DNA of 62,803 nucleotides, filler included, from Bradymonadales bacterium (lineage in GTDB: Bacteria > Bdellovibrionota > UBA2394): assembly GCA_007693605.1 (NCBI GenBank). It is 5 parts of 5 records of this genome, joined end to end, with 100 filler letters (N's around TTAATTAATTAA, not from the genome) between each part and the next. Parts side by side here need not be neighbours in the genome. Positions count along the whole stretch, not along the records: positions 38,426 to 50,676 come from REDG01000036.1; positions 50,777 to 62,803 come from REDG01000041.1; 3 more parts are not named here. One strand, given 5' to 3'. Both the position numbers and the translations under genes were made by a program. Each line of letters starts with the position of its first letter. Position 1 is the first letter of the stretch. Shown here piece after piece: positions 47,658 to 57,968 of this stretch. The notes under the pieces were generated by a model that was not told the origin of the DNA, did not search any database, and was given only the letters and a program-made list of their open reading frames with translations.

Positions 47658-50338
47658 TGGCGTTACATCCTGAGTTTCCAGAGTCGCCATACGCAGTGCT
47701 TGATCCGTCAATTCGCTGGTTCCCCGCCGATGAGGCCCTGCGCACTACGAGCTTTGAAAAGCTTCTGCCGCCATTGGTCCCAGAGCTTCGCAAGCAAGTT
47801 AAAAAGTTTCGGGATAGCGGATACGAAGGCGCGACCGAAACTAGCAAGAGCCTTTTAAATTGGTGGTTCAAGACGCCTCATGTGATTCAAACAGGTGAAT
47901 CATCTTCCGAGTTTCGTTATTTCTTCTCTCAACGCGAGGCTTTAGAAACCATCATCTATTTGGTCGATGTAAAGAAGGTTAAGGACAAGTTTGATCTTAT
48001 TCGCTTCGATCATTCTGGCGCGGTTTCGGCCAATATGTTCGATGAAACTTGGAAACGTTTCGTTGTAAAAATGGCGACGGGTGCTGGAAAAACCAAAGTA
48101 ATCAGCCTCGCTTTGGCGTGGAGCTTTTATCATAAGCTTTACGAACCAAACTCAGCAATGGCGCGAAACTTTCTTGTCATCGCGCCTAACATCATCGTGT
48201 TGGATCGTATCTACAAAGATTTCCAGGGGCTGCGCATTTTCTTCAAAGACGATCCTGTTTTACCTGTCGACGGATTTGATGGACGCGATTGGCGATCCGA
48301 CTTCCAAATGGATCTCCATATTCAAGATGATGTGCGGATTACCAACTCAGTTGGCAATATTTTTTTAACCAACATCCATCGTGTCTATTCCGGAAATGAT
48401 ATTCAGGCGTCAGCCAACGATGACAACTCGATGGATTATTTTTTGGGGTCCCGTCCAACGGGAGCGACCAATGACTCTACAGTAGACCTGAGCAAAATTG
48501 TTCGAGAGATTGATGAATTGATGGTCATCAATGATGAGGCCCATCACGTTCATGATCCATCGAACGCTTGGTTTAAATCTATTCAAGATATTCACAATAG
48601 ACTCCAACAAAAAGGAACGGCCCTTTCTTTGCAGCTCGACGTAACCGCAACTCCAAAACATTCTAACGGGGCCATTTTCGTCCAAACAATTTCAGATTAC
48701 CCGCTTGTTGAGGCAATCAAGCAAAACGTGGTGAAGCATCCACTCGTTCCAGACGGCCCGAGCCGTGCAAAACTCACAGAAAAGAAAAGTTCCAAATTTA
48801 CCGAAAAATACTCTGACTATATTAACCTTGGTGTGATCGAGTGGCGAAAAGCTTACGAAGAACATAAGAAGCTCGATAAGAAAGCCATTCTGTTTATTAT
48901 GACCGACGACACGAAGAATTGTGATGACGTCGCTGACTACCTCCAAAGTACTTACGCTGATTTAAAGGATGCGGTCCTAGTTATTCACACGAAAAACAAC
49001 GGAGAAATATCAGAGGCTACTTCGGGGAAAAATAAAGAGGAGCTGGATAAGTTGCGCCACGAAGCCAATACAATAGACAGCAATGAAAGCCCCTATAAGG
49101 CTATCATTTCCGTGATGGTTCTTCGGGAAGGTTGGGACGTTCGCAACGTTACGACCATCGTGGGGCTTCGTGCATTTACGGCACAAAATAATATTCTGCC
49201 AGAGCAAGCCTTGGGGCGCGGACTCCGCAAAATGTACCCCGGAAATATTCAGGAGCTTGTAAGCATTGTCGGTACGCCTGCTTTTATGGATTTCGTCGAA
49301 TCCATTCAAGCAGAGGGCGTCGAACTTGAACGTGGTTCGATGGGAAGCGGCTCTCAATCCAGAATACCGATAGTGGTGGAAGTTGATACGGAAAACACAA
49401 AAAAGGACTTGGACGTGCTCGACATTGAGATCCCAATTCTTACTCCAAGGATTTATCGGGAATACAAAAACTTGAATGATTTAAATGTGGCGGAGTTCGG
49501 ACACAAGCCCGTCGAGTACCGTGATTTTTCAGCTGAGGAACAGCGCGAAATCGTATTTAAAGATATCACGACAGGAGTGGTTACCCATACTACGGTTTTG
49601 GATGCCTCTGGTCTCATTGATTTTAACAGCGTCGCTGGCTATTTCACTCAAAGTATCATGAAGGATCTCCGTCTAGTAAGCGGATACGCGGTGCTGTACG
49701 GAATGGTGAAGGAGTTCATCGCCCATCACCTCTTCAATAAAGAAATCGAATTGGAATCTCTGAACACGGTTAGAAATTTATCAGAAGTAGAAGCCACTCG
49801 AACGATTATCGAAACCTTTAAAAAGAAGATTAACGATCTGACGGTGCAAGATAAGGGTGATGCAGAAATACGAGACTACATCAAGCTCCGCAACACGCGT
49901 CCCTTTATTGCCAAGGAGCAAGGATTCATTGTTCCTAAAAAGAGCATCTTTAATAAAGTTATTGGCGACAGCCATTTCGAGCTGGAGTTTTCCACCTACC
50001 TTGAAAACTGTGACGATGTGATTTCATTCTCGAAGAACTACTTAGCGGTTCATTTCAAGATCGATTACGTGAACGCGGATGGCGACATTTCAAACTACTA
50101 TCCGGACTTTTTTGTAAAGCTTGCCAATAACAAGGTCTATATTGTCGAGACAAAGGGGCTTGAAGATTTGGACGTGCCATTGAAAATGGCACGATTAAAA
50201 CAATGGTGCGATGACATCAATCGCGTTCAACAAAAGATAAAATATGACTTTGTTTTTGTAGATCAGGAATCGTTCGACAAATATTCACCAAAAGGCTTCC
50301 AGCAATTAGTCGACAACTTTAAAGGCTATAAGGAATAA
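47654..50338 (+). CDS. res: Type III restriction endonuclease (Res)
   Basis: KMATGAGKT, NDEAHH, TAT, LREGWDV, QALGRGLR, YYPDF..VETKG. Confidence 0.93.
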   Translation: MMALHPEFPESPYAVLDPSIRWFPADEALRTTSFEKLLPPLVPELRKQVKKFRDSGYEGATETSKSLLNWWFKTPHVIQTGESSSEFRYFFSQREALETIIYLVDVKKVKDKFDLIRFDHSGAVSANMFDETWKRFVVKMATGAGKTKVISLALAWSFYHKLYEPNSAMARNFLVIAPNIIVLDRIYKDFQGLRIFFKDDPVLPVDGFDGRDWRSDFQMDLHIQDDVRITNSVGNIFLTNIHRVYSGNDIQASANDDNSMDYFLGSRPTGATNDSTVDLSKIVREIDELMVINDEAHHVHDPSNAWFKSIQDIHNRLQQKGTALSLQLDVTATPKHSNGAIFVQTISDYPLVEAIKQNVVKHPLVPDGPSRAKLTEKKSSKFTEKYSDYINLGVIEWRKAYEEHKKLDKKAILFIMTDDTKNCDDVADYLQSTYADLKDAVLVIHTKNNGEISEATSGKNKEELDKLRHEANTIDSNESPYKAIISVMVLREGWDVRNVTTIVGLRAFTAQNNILPEQALGRGLRKMYPGNIQELVSIVGTPAFMDFVESIQAEGVELERGSMGSGSQSRIPIVVEVDTENTKKDLDVLDIEIPILTPRIYREYKNLNDLNVAEFGHKPVEYRDFSAEEQREIVFKDITTGVVTHTTVLDASGLIDFNSVAGYFTQSIMKDLRLVSGYAVLYGMVKEFIAHHLFNKEIELESLNTVRNLSEVEATRTIIETFKKKINDLTVQDKGDAEIRDYIKLRNTRPFIAKEQGFIVPKKSIFNKVIGDSHFELEFSTYLENCDDVISFSKNYLAVHFKIDYVNADGDISNYYPDFFVKLANNKVYIVETKGLEDLDVPLKMARLKQWCDDINRVQQKIKYDFVFVDQESFDKYSPKGFQQLVDNFKGYKE

Positions 50339-50349
50339 GGACGTACGAC

Positions 50350-50580
50350 ATGGACGACATTACGAAAGAACAAGTCCGATCGCCAGAACGGATCGAAAAA
50401 CAACCTTGGCAGATGACAAAGGCCGAGTACGAGACCGTGTATGGAGTTCCGAGAGGAAACTCCACCGTAACAGGAAATTTTTCAAAGCATAAAAGTGCGG
50501 TGGAAATCGCACTTAACCGCGGCCTACAAGTCCCTCCGGAAGTCTTGAAGGACTATCCCGATCTGGTGAATTTGCAGTGA
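50350..50580 (+). CDS. Small hypothetical protein (W.MT..EY / VP.EVL.DYPDL motif)
   Basis: 76 aa, AAGGA RBS, 11 bp after the res stop. Confidence 0.65.
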   Translation: MDDITKEQVRSPERIEKQPWQMTKAEYETVYGVPRGNSTVTGNFSKHKSAVEIALNRGLQVPPEVLKDYPDLVNLQ

Positions 50581-50676
50581 GGGCGCATCGAGATCAATAC
50601 ACGAGCTTGAAATATGTGGGCTAGTTAGCTAACGCGTTGACATTGGAACATTGCGTGAGAAGCAGATGGTCAAGGT

Positions 50677-50776
50677 NNNNNNNNNNNNNNNNNNNNNNNN
50701 NNNNNNNNNNNNNNNNNNNNTTAATTAATTAANNNNNNNNNNNNNNNNNNNNNNNNNNNNNNNNNNNNNNNNNNNN
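50677..50776. other. Artificial contig linker
   Basis: N44-TTAATTAATTAA-N44. Confidence 0.98.
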
Positions 50777-50787
50777 GGCTGATCAGT

Positions 50788-51993
50788 TTGGGTAAAGGAT
50801 ATAGCGGGCTGTCTTATCCATTGATTGAGAGGCATCTGGCCTATTTGAATCGACGGTTGACCCCTCGAATCTCGTCTCAGGGCAGTGTGGGGGCAAGTGG
50901 CGATCTTGCCCCTCTGGCAGAGCTCGCTCTCACATTCATTGCCGAGGGAAGTTTTTTGGGGGACTCCAGTGAATCGGTTTCTGCGAAGGCTCTCTATAAA
51001 AAGTACAATTGGAAGCCACTTTCCATCGGGCCCAAAGAAGGATTGGCTCTCACCAATGGCACACAAGCCTCGCTTGCCATGGCCTGTGAAGTGAGAAGAA
51101 GTTTAAGTGAACTTTTGCCCTGGATGGAACTCACGATGAGTTTGAGTGTGGAGGCCCATCGGGCCACGGCGAGTGTTTTTCAGGCCAAGCTGCATCGACT
51201 GAAAGCTCATCGTCATCAACAAGAGGTGGCGGCTCGCTTGAGTCGAAATTTAAGAAAGTCTGAGCATATGAAAGCGCATCGAGATTGTGATCTCGTTCAA
51301 GATGCCTACTCCTTTCGATGCATGCCCCAAATCTTGGGCCCTTGTTACTCTTTGCTCGAGAAGGCGGATGAGCTGTTAGAGGGGGAGATCAATTCCGTCT
51401 CTGACAATCCCATCGTGTTTTTTGAAGAGAAAGAGATTCTCTCCTGCGGTCACTTTCATGCTCAATCGGTCAGCTTCGCGGCAGATCTCTTGGCGATGGC
51501 CATGGTCACCATGGGGAACTTGATCGAAAGACGAATGGATCAGATGGTGAATCCGGCAAGCTCTCGTCATCCGGCTTTTCTGGCAGATCGGCCGGGGGTC
51601 GAAAGTGGTTTAATGATTGTTCAAACCGCCGCCGCCGCTTTAGCCAGCGAGAACAAGGGCCTGGCCTTTCCGGCCTCTGCAGATACGATCCCAACAAACG
51701 GGAACCAAGAAGATCATGTGAGCATGGCGCCTTGGGCCGCTCGAAAGGCCTCACAGATCGCTGACAATTTGTGGAAGCTGGTTGCTGCCGAGTTGATCTG
51801 TAGTGTTCGTGCGAGTGTTCTGGAGTCCACAAAGTCCGGACTTCGATTTAGTCCGACACTTGAAGCTTATCTCAAGATGCTGGCCGATCTTCGACCCGAA
51901 CTCTTTTGGGCCGGGGATCGCAACTTCGGAGAAGATTGGCGAGTTCTTTGTGAAAAGATGAAAGAGCAATCTCTTGAGGAAGTTCTAAAATAG
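50788..51993 (+). CDS. hutH: Histidine ammonia-lyase (5'-partial)
   Basis: GSVGASGDL (MIO), KEGLALTNGT, QDAYSFRC, NQEDHVSM; next to hutU. Confidence 0.93.
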   Translation: MGKGYSGLSYPLIERHLAYLNRRLTPRISSQGSVGASGDLAPLAELALTFIAEGSFLGDSSESVSAKALYKKYNWKPLSIGPKEGLALTNGTQASLAMACEVRRSLSELLPWMELTMSLSVEAHRATASVFQAKLHRLKAHRHQQEVAARLSRNLRKSEHMKAHRDCDLVQDAYSFRCMPQILGPCYSLLEKADELLEGEINSVSDNPIVFFEEKEILSCGHFHAQSVSFAADLLAMAMVTMGNLIERRMDQMVNPASSRHPAFLADRPGVESGLMIVQTAAAALASENKGLAFPASADTIPTNGNQEDHVSMAPWAARKASQIADNLWKLVAAELICSVRASVLESTKSGLRFSPTLEAYLKMLADLRPELFWAGDRNFGEDWRVLCEKMKEQSLEEVLK

Positions 51994-52055
51994 CCATTGA
52001 GGCCTCAGCGAAAGGCTGATTTACAAATTCGAGAGGGCCGGGCAAAACGGCAAGA

Positions 52056-53690
52056 ATGAAGGCACAAAGGGGAAGTCAGATTCGGGCCCTCGGTTGGGCA
52101 CAAGAAGCGGCCTTGCGAATGTTAGAGAACAATCTCGATCCAGAGGTGGCGGAAGCCCCCGACGATCTAGTGGTCTATGGCGGTCGTGGGAAAGCGGCTC
52201 GAAATCATCAGTGCCTGGCGGCTATTCAGTCTTGTTTATTGAAACTCAAAAACGATGAAAGTCTTTTGATTCAGTCCGGAAAGCCCGTCGCGGTTTTTCA
52301 GTCTCATGAGAATGCGCCTCGGGTGTTGATTGCCAATTCAAACTTGGTTCCAAACTGGGCCTCATGGGAGGTTTTCGACGAGCTGGAAAAAAAGGGACTG
52401 ATGATGTACGGGCAGATGACCGCCGGGTCTTGGATCTATATCGGCTCGCAAGGAATCGTTCAGGGTACCTATGAAACTTTCTCGGCTTGTGGTGAAAAGT
52501 TTTTTGGGGGCGACCTCTCTCAACAGTGGATCCTTTCAGGAGGGCTGGGAGGAATGGGGGGTGCCCAACCCCTAGCTGCCGTGATGGCGGGAGCGAGTTT
52601 TCTTGGGGTCGATGTCAATCCTCATCGCATTCAAAAGAGGCTTGAAACTCGATATCTCGACCGAAAGGCAGAGTCTTTAGACGAAGCTCTAGAGTGGCTG
52701 AACAAAGCGACTCAAGAGAGAAAGCCCGTCAGCATTGGTTTGGTTGGAAATGCGGCGAGCGTTTACCGTGAACTCTTGCGGCGTGAAGTGATTCCGCCGA
52801 TTGTGACCGATCAGACCTCAGCACACGATCCCGTATATGGTTATGTGCCCGAGGGCTTGAGCTGGGAAGCGGTCTCGGAGGCCAGAAAGGATGTTGCAAG
52901 CTATCGCAAGCGAAGCTTGCAGACGATGGTTCAGCACTGCGAAAGCATGGTCGAGTTTCAAAAGAAGGGAAGCATTGTTTTCGATTACGGCAACAATCTT
53001 CGGGGCTACGCAAAAGAAGCGGGCTATCAAGAGGCCTTTGCCTTCGAGGGCTTTGTTCCAAAATTTATTCGACCTCTTTTTTGTGAGGGAAGCGGCCCCT
53101 TTCGTTTTGTGGCCTTGTCGGGTGATCCGAAGGATATCGTCGTGGCTGATGAAGCTCTTCTTCGACTCTTTCCAGACGATTTGAAGCTTTGTCGGTGGAT
53201 TCGCGCGGCTCAAGACAAAATTGCTTTTCAAGGTTTGCCGGCTAGAATCTGTTGGCTCCGTTACGGCCAGCGAGAGAAAGCGGGCCTGGCGTTTAACGAG
53301 CTGGTGCGCAGGGGAGAGCTTTCTGCGCCCATTGTGATCGGGCGAGATCATTTAGATTGCGGCTCCGTTGCGTCGCCAAACCGAGAAACCGAGGCGATGC
53401 GAGATGGGAGCGACGCGGTAAGTGATTGGCCCCTTTTGAATGCGCTTATCAATACAGCCAACGGCGCGACATGGGTCAGTTTGCATCACGGAGGTGGGGT
53501 GGGCATGGGCTATTCGCAGCATGCAGGGATGGTGATTGTGGCTGACGGTAGTGCAGAGGCCGACTTGCGATTGTCTCGGGTCTTGCGATCAGATCCGGGC
53601 ATGGGCGTTGTTCGGCATGCCGACGCGGGCTATGAATCGGCCATCGAGTTTTCAAAAAGAGCGGGGATTCAAATCCCCATGCAAGAGTAA
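52056..53690 (+). CDS. hutU: Urocanate hydratase
   Basis: [40 protein letters not shown]. Confidence 0.97.
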   Translation: MKAQRGSQIRALGWAQEAALRMLENNLDPEVAEAPDDLVVYGGRGKAARNHQCLAAIQSCLLKLKNDESLLIQSGKPVAVFQSHENAPRVLIANSNLVPNWASWEVFDELEKKGLMMYGQMTAGSWIYIGSQGIVQGTYETFSACGEKFFGGDLSQQWILSGGLGGMGGAQPLAAVMAGASFLGVDVNPHRIQKRLETRYLDRKAESLDEALEWLNKATQERKPVSIGLVGNAASVYRELLRREVIPPIVTDQTSAHDPVYGYVPEGLSWEAVSEARKDVASYRKRSLQTMVQHCESMVEFQKKGSIVFDYGNNLRGYAKEAGYQEAFAFEGFVPKFIRPLFCEGSGPFRFVALSGDPKDIVVADEALLRLFPDDLKLCRWIRAAQDKIAFQGLPARICWLRYGQREKAGLAFNELVRRGELSAPIVIGRDHLDCGSVASPNRETEAMRDGSDAVSDWPLLNALINTANGATWVSLHHGGGVGMGYSQHAGMVIVADGSAEADLRLSRVLRSDPGMGVVRHADAGYESAIEFSKRAGIQIPMQE

Positions 53691-53705
53691 GAAGGGGTCG
53701 AAGTT

Positions 53706-55664
53706 TTGGGGGAACGATACGATATTGCCATTCGAAGTCCCGTTCGAAAGTTGTTCACCTACGAAAGCGATATTCCCCTTTTACCCGGAGCGCGCGTTCG
53801 GCTCCCGTTTCGATCATCAGAGAAGGTGGGCATTGTCTGGGGTCGTTCTCGTTCTGATTTTCCTGATCTCAAAAAAGTAAAAACACTCATTGATGAGCAG
53901 CCCTTGTTTGATCAGTCGGCGCTTCGTTTTTATGAACAAGCGAGCCTCTACTATGGCCTGGCCCTGGGGGAGCTTCTGTCGGCCTCGGTCCCGAAGAGAA
54001 TTCGCGAGGGAGGCGAGCTTGCTTCCAAAGTCGAGAAAGATTTTCACCCCGAGCTTGTGGATTTGAGCGAGTCGCAAAGAGCGGTCGTCGAAGGCATTCA
54101 GAGCGAGCAAGAACTGCAGGGCCATCTTCTCTTTGGGGAGACCGGAAGTGGAAAAACAGAGGTTTATCTGCATTTGATTCAGCCGATTCTTGAAAAAGGA
54201 GGCCAAGTTCTTTTCTTGGTTCCTGAGATTTCGCTAACCCCTCAGTTAGAAGAGAGGCTTTCGCATCGGCTTGGAGGTTCGGTCTCTAGTTTTCACTCCC
54301 ATCTCTCTGAAAAAAAGAGATGGCAAAGCTTTTCTCAAGCAGCTCAGTCGGCATCAGATGTTTTTTTGGGAGCGCGATCTGCCTTGTTCTTACCCTATAG
54401 AAATTTGAAATTGATCATTGTCGATGAAGAGCATGACCTCTCGTATAAGCAGGCCGAACGAATGCTTTATCACGCGAGAGACTTGGCCTTGCTTCGTGCC
54501 AAGCAATTGAAAATTCCCATCGTTCTCGGGTCGGCCACTCCAAGCTTAGAAACCTATCAGCTCAGCCAGCTTGGGAAGATTCGGCGGTGGGATCTTTCTC
54601 GATTTCAAAAGCCCGAGAGCTGGACGCTTGAGGTGATTGACCTCAAGAAAGACCTTAAAGCGGCTCGGGGAAATTTTATCAGTCCTTCTCTTCATGAAGC
54701 CATCTGCGAATGCTTGGAAAAGAAAGAGCAAGGACTTTTGTTTCTGAACCGGCGCGGCTCGGCGAGTCATCGGACTTGTTTGAACTGCGGAGCCATCGAC
54801 TCTTGTCGTCACTGTTCAACGCCCATGACTTTGCATTATGATACTCAGAAGGCGATTTGTCACCTCTGTGACGATCACCGCCCTTTGAGTTCATCCTGCT
54901 CTTCATGTGAAAGCCTTGATTTCTTCTTTGGGGGGGTGGGAACCAAAGAGATTGAAGAGCAGATTCGCGATCGTTTTCCTGATGCCCGAGTGGCTCGTTT
55001 AGATCGCGATGTGACTCGATCAAAACTGGCCTTGCCTAAAATTATCAAAGATTTCTCTGAGGGTCGAATTGACCTTTTGGTTGGAACTCAAATGATCTCG
55101 AAAGGCATCGATATTGAGAAGCTGTCTTTGGTGGGAGTCATTTTTGCAGATCAAGGCTGGGGAGTGCCAGACTTTCGAGCCATGGAGAGGTCCTTTCAAC
55201 TTCTTCAGCAGATCATTGGACGAGCCGGACGAAGGGGACAGGCCACGCGGTGTTTGATTCAAAGCTTACAGCCCGAGAATCCCTTGTTCGAGTTTCTGAC
55301 CGACGGACGGACGGAAGACTTTTTGCGGCAAGAGTTGAAGCTACGAGAGATGGCTGAGCTCCCCCCGTTCTCAAAAGCCATTCTTTGGACGCTGACTCAT
55401 CGAGACCCCAAATTCTTGGAGGAAGCGGGAACGGCCTTTGTTCAGCGAATTTCTCCCGTAGCGAAGAGCCTCGGAATACAGCTGATGGGGCCGGTATTCG
55501 CCCCCATTGAGAGGATTAAGCGGGATTATCGAATGCAGGTCTTTGCGAAGACCACCAGAAAGCCGTCTTTGACGACTTTCCTTCAGGCCGTCTTGGATGA
55601 TATGGAAAGAAGGCCTTTGAATGTGAAGATTCGTACTGAGAGAGATCCATATTATTTTCAATAG
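53706..55664 (+). CDS. priA: Primosomal protein N'
   Basis: GETGSGKTEVY, VPEISLTPQ, DEEH, four CxxC pairs, GTQMISKG, GRAGR. Confidence 0.95.
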   Translation: MGERYDIAIRSPVRKLFTYESDIPLLPGARVRLPFRSSEKVGIVWGRSRSDFPDLKKVKTLIDEQPLFDQSALRFYEQASLYYGLALGELLSASVPKRIREGGELASKVEKDFHPELVDLSESQRAVVEGIQSEQELQGHLLFGETGSGKTEVYLHLIQPILEKGGQVLFLVPEISLTPQLEERLSHRLGGSVSSFHSHLSEKKRWQSFSQAAQSASDVFLGARSALFLPYRNLKLIIVDEEHDLSYKQAERMLYHARDLALLRAKQLKIPIVLGSATPSLETYQLSQLGKIRRWDLSRFQKPESWTLEVIDLKKDLKAARGNFISPSLHEAICECLEKKEQGLLFLNRRGSASHRTCLNCGAIDSCRHCSTPMTLHYDTQKAICHLCDDHRPLSSSCSSCESLDFFFGGVGTKEIEEQIRDRFPDARVARLDRDVTRSKLALPKIIKDFSEGRIDLLVGTQMISKGIDIEKLSLVGVIFADQGWGVPDFRAMERSFQLLQQIIGRAGRRGQATRCLIQSLQPENPLFEFLTDGRTEDFLRQELKLREMAELPPFSKAILWTLTHRDPKFLEEAGTAFVQRISPVAKSLGIQLMGPVFAPIERIKRDYRMQVFAKTTRKPSLTTFLQAVLDDMERRPLNVKIRTERDPYYFQ

Positions 55665-55682
55665 GGAGGCCATAGAGGCGCT

Positions 55683-57968
55683 GTGTTAGAGAGCTTGAAA
55701 AGCTTTTGGATTCGAACGACGATTGTGCTCGTCCTTTGGGGGGGCGTTGCGGCCATCTATATCCCCATTTCGATTCAAGAACTGCAGGGCTATCGCTTTG
55801 AGAGTCTCATTCTTTCAAATGGTCGCGTCTCTTCTTTACAGAGAGAGTATCTATTTCAGCGAGACGATCTTTTACAACCCGGAGATTGGATTCTCAAAGT
55901 AGATGGTGAAGACTTCGATCACCAAAGGCTTCGAGAGCGACTTGCGAAGGCCTCGATCTCTGACCGATTTGAAATGGAAGTTCTACAGGGGAGTGAGAGG
56001 AATTTGTTTGAGTTTGATCTTCGAATTTACTCCATTCGAGATGTGATTCTGTTCTTCGTCGTTCCCCTGATTCTGTCTCTACTCTTTCTCGGCTTTGTGA
56101 TTTTTTCTCCACTACAGAGAATCAATTTTCGACGAAACAGAGAGGCGGTGGAGCTTTTTAGTCTGCTGTGCTTTGGCTTCTCCCTCCACTTTCTACTTTT
56201 CTTGCCTTCGGTGAGTTTTTGGATGTCGTGGGCACCATCCGTTTTGCTTCCTCTTTTGTCGGTCATTATGCTTCATCTCTTTTGTGTCTATCCGAAGAAA
56301 AAGGGAGACACGAAACTTCGCTGGACCCTCTTGGGTCTGGCCTATGCCTTGGTGCTGGGCTTTGTGAGCTGGCGAATCTTTAGTTGGCACTCGATCAACA
56401 AGTGGGGGACCCTGACGGAGCTGATCTTTTTTGGGCTGTGCGGGGTTGGAGCTGTCATTAGCCTCGCGAACACTCTGTTCAATTCGAAGGACTTTTGGGC
56501 CAGACGACGGGCTAGGCTCTTGAGTTTTGTCTTTGTTTTCTGCTTTGTGGCGGGCTTGGGTATTTTCATTTCTTTTCTTTGGTACGGGCCCCGAATTTCG
56601 CTTGAACGACTTTTGGCGGGAGCCCTGTTCTTTCCGGTTGGCTTTTCACTGATTTTTTCGAAGGAAAATGTTTTCGATTTAGAGAGGATTTTTCGAAGAG
56701 GAGCTCATCAGGTTTTGTTTCTCGGAATTGCCATTCTGTTGGCGATCTTGATGGGCTTGAGTTGGCAGTTGTGGACCGATCAGTCGGGAACCGATTGGTT
56801 GTTGTGGACGGCGATTGCGATGATTGTGGCGCTTTTTGCCCGGCCCGTGGGGGCCTGGGCAGATCAACAGCTCCACCGGCTTTTGGTGGGTCGTCTGCGA
56901 TTTCCAGACTGTGATCGAATCTTTGAAAGAACGGCGAAACTCGAAGACTTTTTGCGAATCTTCTGTCTTGAAGCCAGAGACCTGCTGCAGATGAGCCAAG
57001 TGAGCATTTCTCTCTTTCGTGACCCGAGCCTTCCTTGGTCGAAGAACAATGAACAGCATTGGTTGTTTGAGGGTGGGGAGTTGAAACGAACGATTAGACT
57101 GGACAGATCTTTTGAATACAAAAGTTCGCTTCGCAGAAACCAAATTGTGATTGGCGAGATCGGCATTGAAGGCGGGGACTCTCTCGCTTTTGATCCGAAA
57201 GACTCGATGGATTGGAAGGACCTGTGTGGGAGCTTTGCTCGCTGCGCTGAGCTTCTTGTTTTGAGGGACTATGTCGAGGCCCAACAAGGTCTTTTGGCGG
57301 TGGGTCGAATGCAGGCGCTGTTGGCTCATGAAATGAAAAATCCTTTGGCTGTGATCAATGTGTGTTCAGGGCTTTTGAAGGAGCATATCAAGCGGAACTC
57401 AGAAGGGGAGGAGGTTTTGGACACGATTGAGCAAGAGGTGAAGAGGATTTCTGTGGGTCTTCAGAAGATTTTTGATCACAGTGGGGCAGAGGAGCAGAAG
57501 CAGCCCGTTTCTCTTTTGAAGTGCTTTGCCGCCGTAAGCGCACAAGCGAGAGCGAGATTCCCTCGGGCGAGAATTGAACAAGAGATTAAGGAACCCGAGA
57601 ATTTTAAAGGTTTCGAAGGAGATCTCTATTTGTGGGTGCAGCCCGAAGCGCTTCGTCAAAGTCTTTCTAATCTGGTGATTAATGCTTTAGAGGCCGGAGC
57701 CAGTCTAGTGGTGTTAAGGCTTCGGCTTTCAGCTCATGCCTTGAGTTTAGAGGTTGAGGATAATGGGCCGGGATTTCCCGTGGGCGTGGATCTTTTTCGG
57801 CCATTTGTGAGCACAAAGCCCACAGGGACGGGGCTCGGACTTTCGCAAGTGCAGGCCTTTGTCGACCGACATCGAGGCCAAATCAGCTACAAATCTGTGG
57901 CTGGGGGGGGATGTCTCTTTGTCTTGCAGTTTGATTCAGAGTTTGTTTTGAGTGAAGAGAAACGATGA
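55683..57968 (+). CDS. Multi-TM sensor histidine kinase with PDZ-like input
   Basis: LQPGDWILKVDG, AHEMKNPL, NLVINALEA, DNGPG, GTGLGL. Confidence 0.9.
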   Translation: MLESLKSFWIRTTIVLVLWGGVAAIYIPISIQELQGYRFESLILSNGRVSSLQREYLFQRDDLLQPGDWILKVDGEDFDHQRLRERLAKASISDRFEMEVLQGSERNLFEFDLRIYSIRDVILFFVVPLILSLLFLGFVIFSPLQRINFRRNREAVELFSLLCFGFSLHFLLFLPSVSFWMSWAPSVLLPLLSVIMLHLFCVYPKKKGDTKLRWTLLGLAYALVLGFVSWRIFSWHSINKWGTLTELIFFGLCGVGAVISLANTLFNSKDFWARRRARLLSFVFVFCFVAGLGIFISFLWYGPRISLERLLAGALFFPVGFSLIFSKENVFDLERIFRRGAHQVLFLGIAILLAILMGLSWQLWTDQSGTDWLLWTAIAMIVALFARPVGAWADQQLHRLLVGRLRFPDCDRIFERTAKLEDFLRIFCLEARDLLQMSQVSISLFRDPSLPWSKNNEQHWLFEGGELKRTIRLDRSFEYKSSLRRNQIVIGEIGIEGGDSLAFDPKDSMDWKDLCGSFARCAELLVLRDYVEAQQGLLAVGRMQALLAHEMKNPLAVINVCSGLLKEHIKRNSEGEEVLDTIEQEVKRISVGLQKIFDHSGAEEQKQPVSLLKCFAAVSAQARARFPRARIEQEIKEPENFKGFEGDLYLWVQPEALRQSLSNLVINALEAGASLVVLRLRLSAHALSLEVEDNGPGFPVGVDLFRPFVSTKPTGTGLGLSQVQAFVDRHRGQISYKSVAGGGCLFVLQFDSEFVLSEEKR

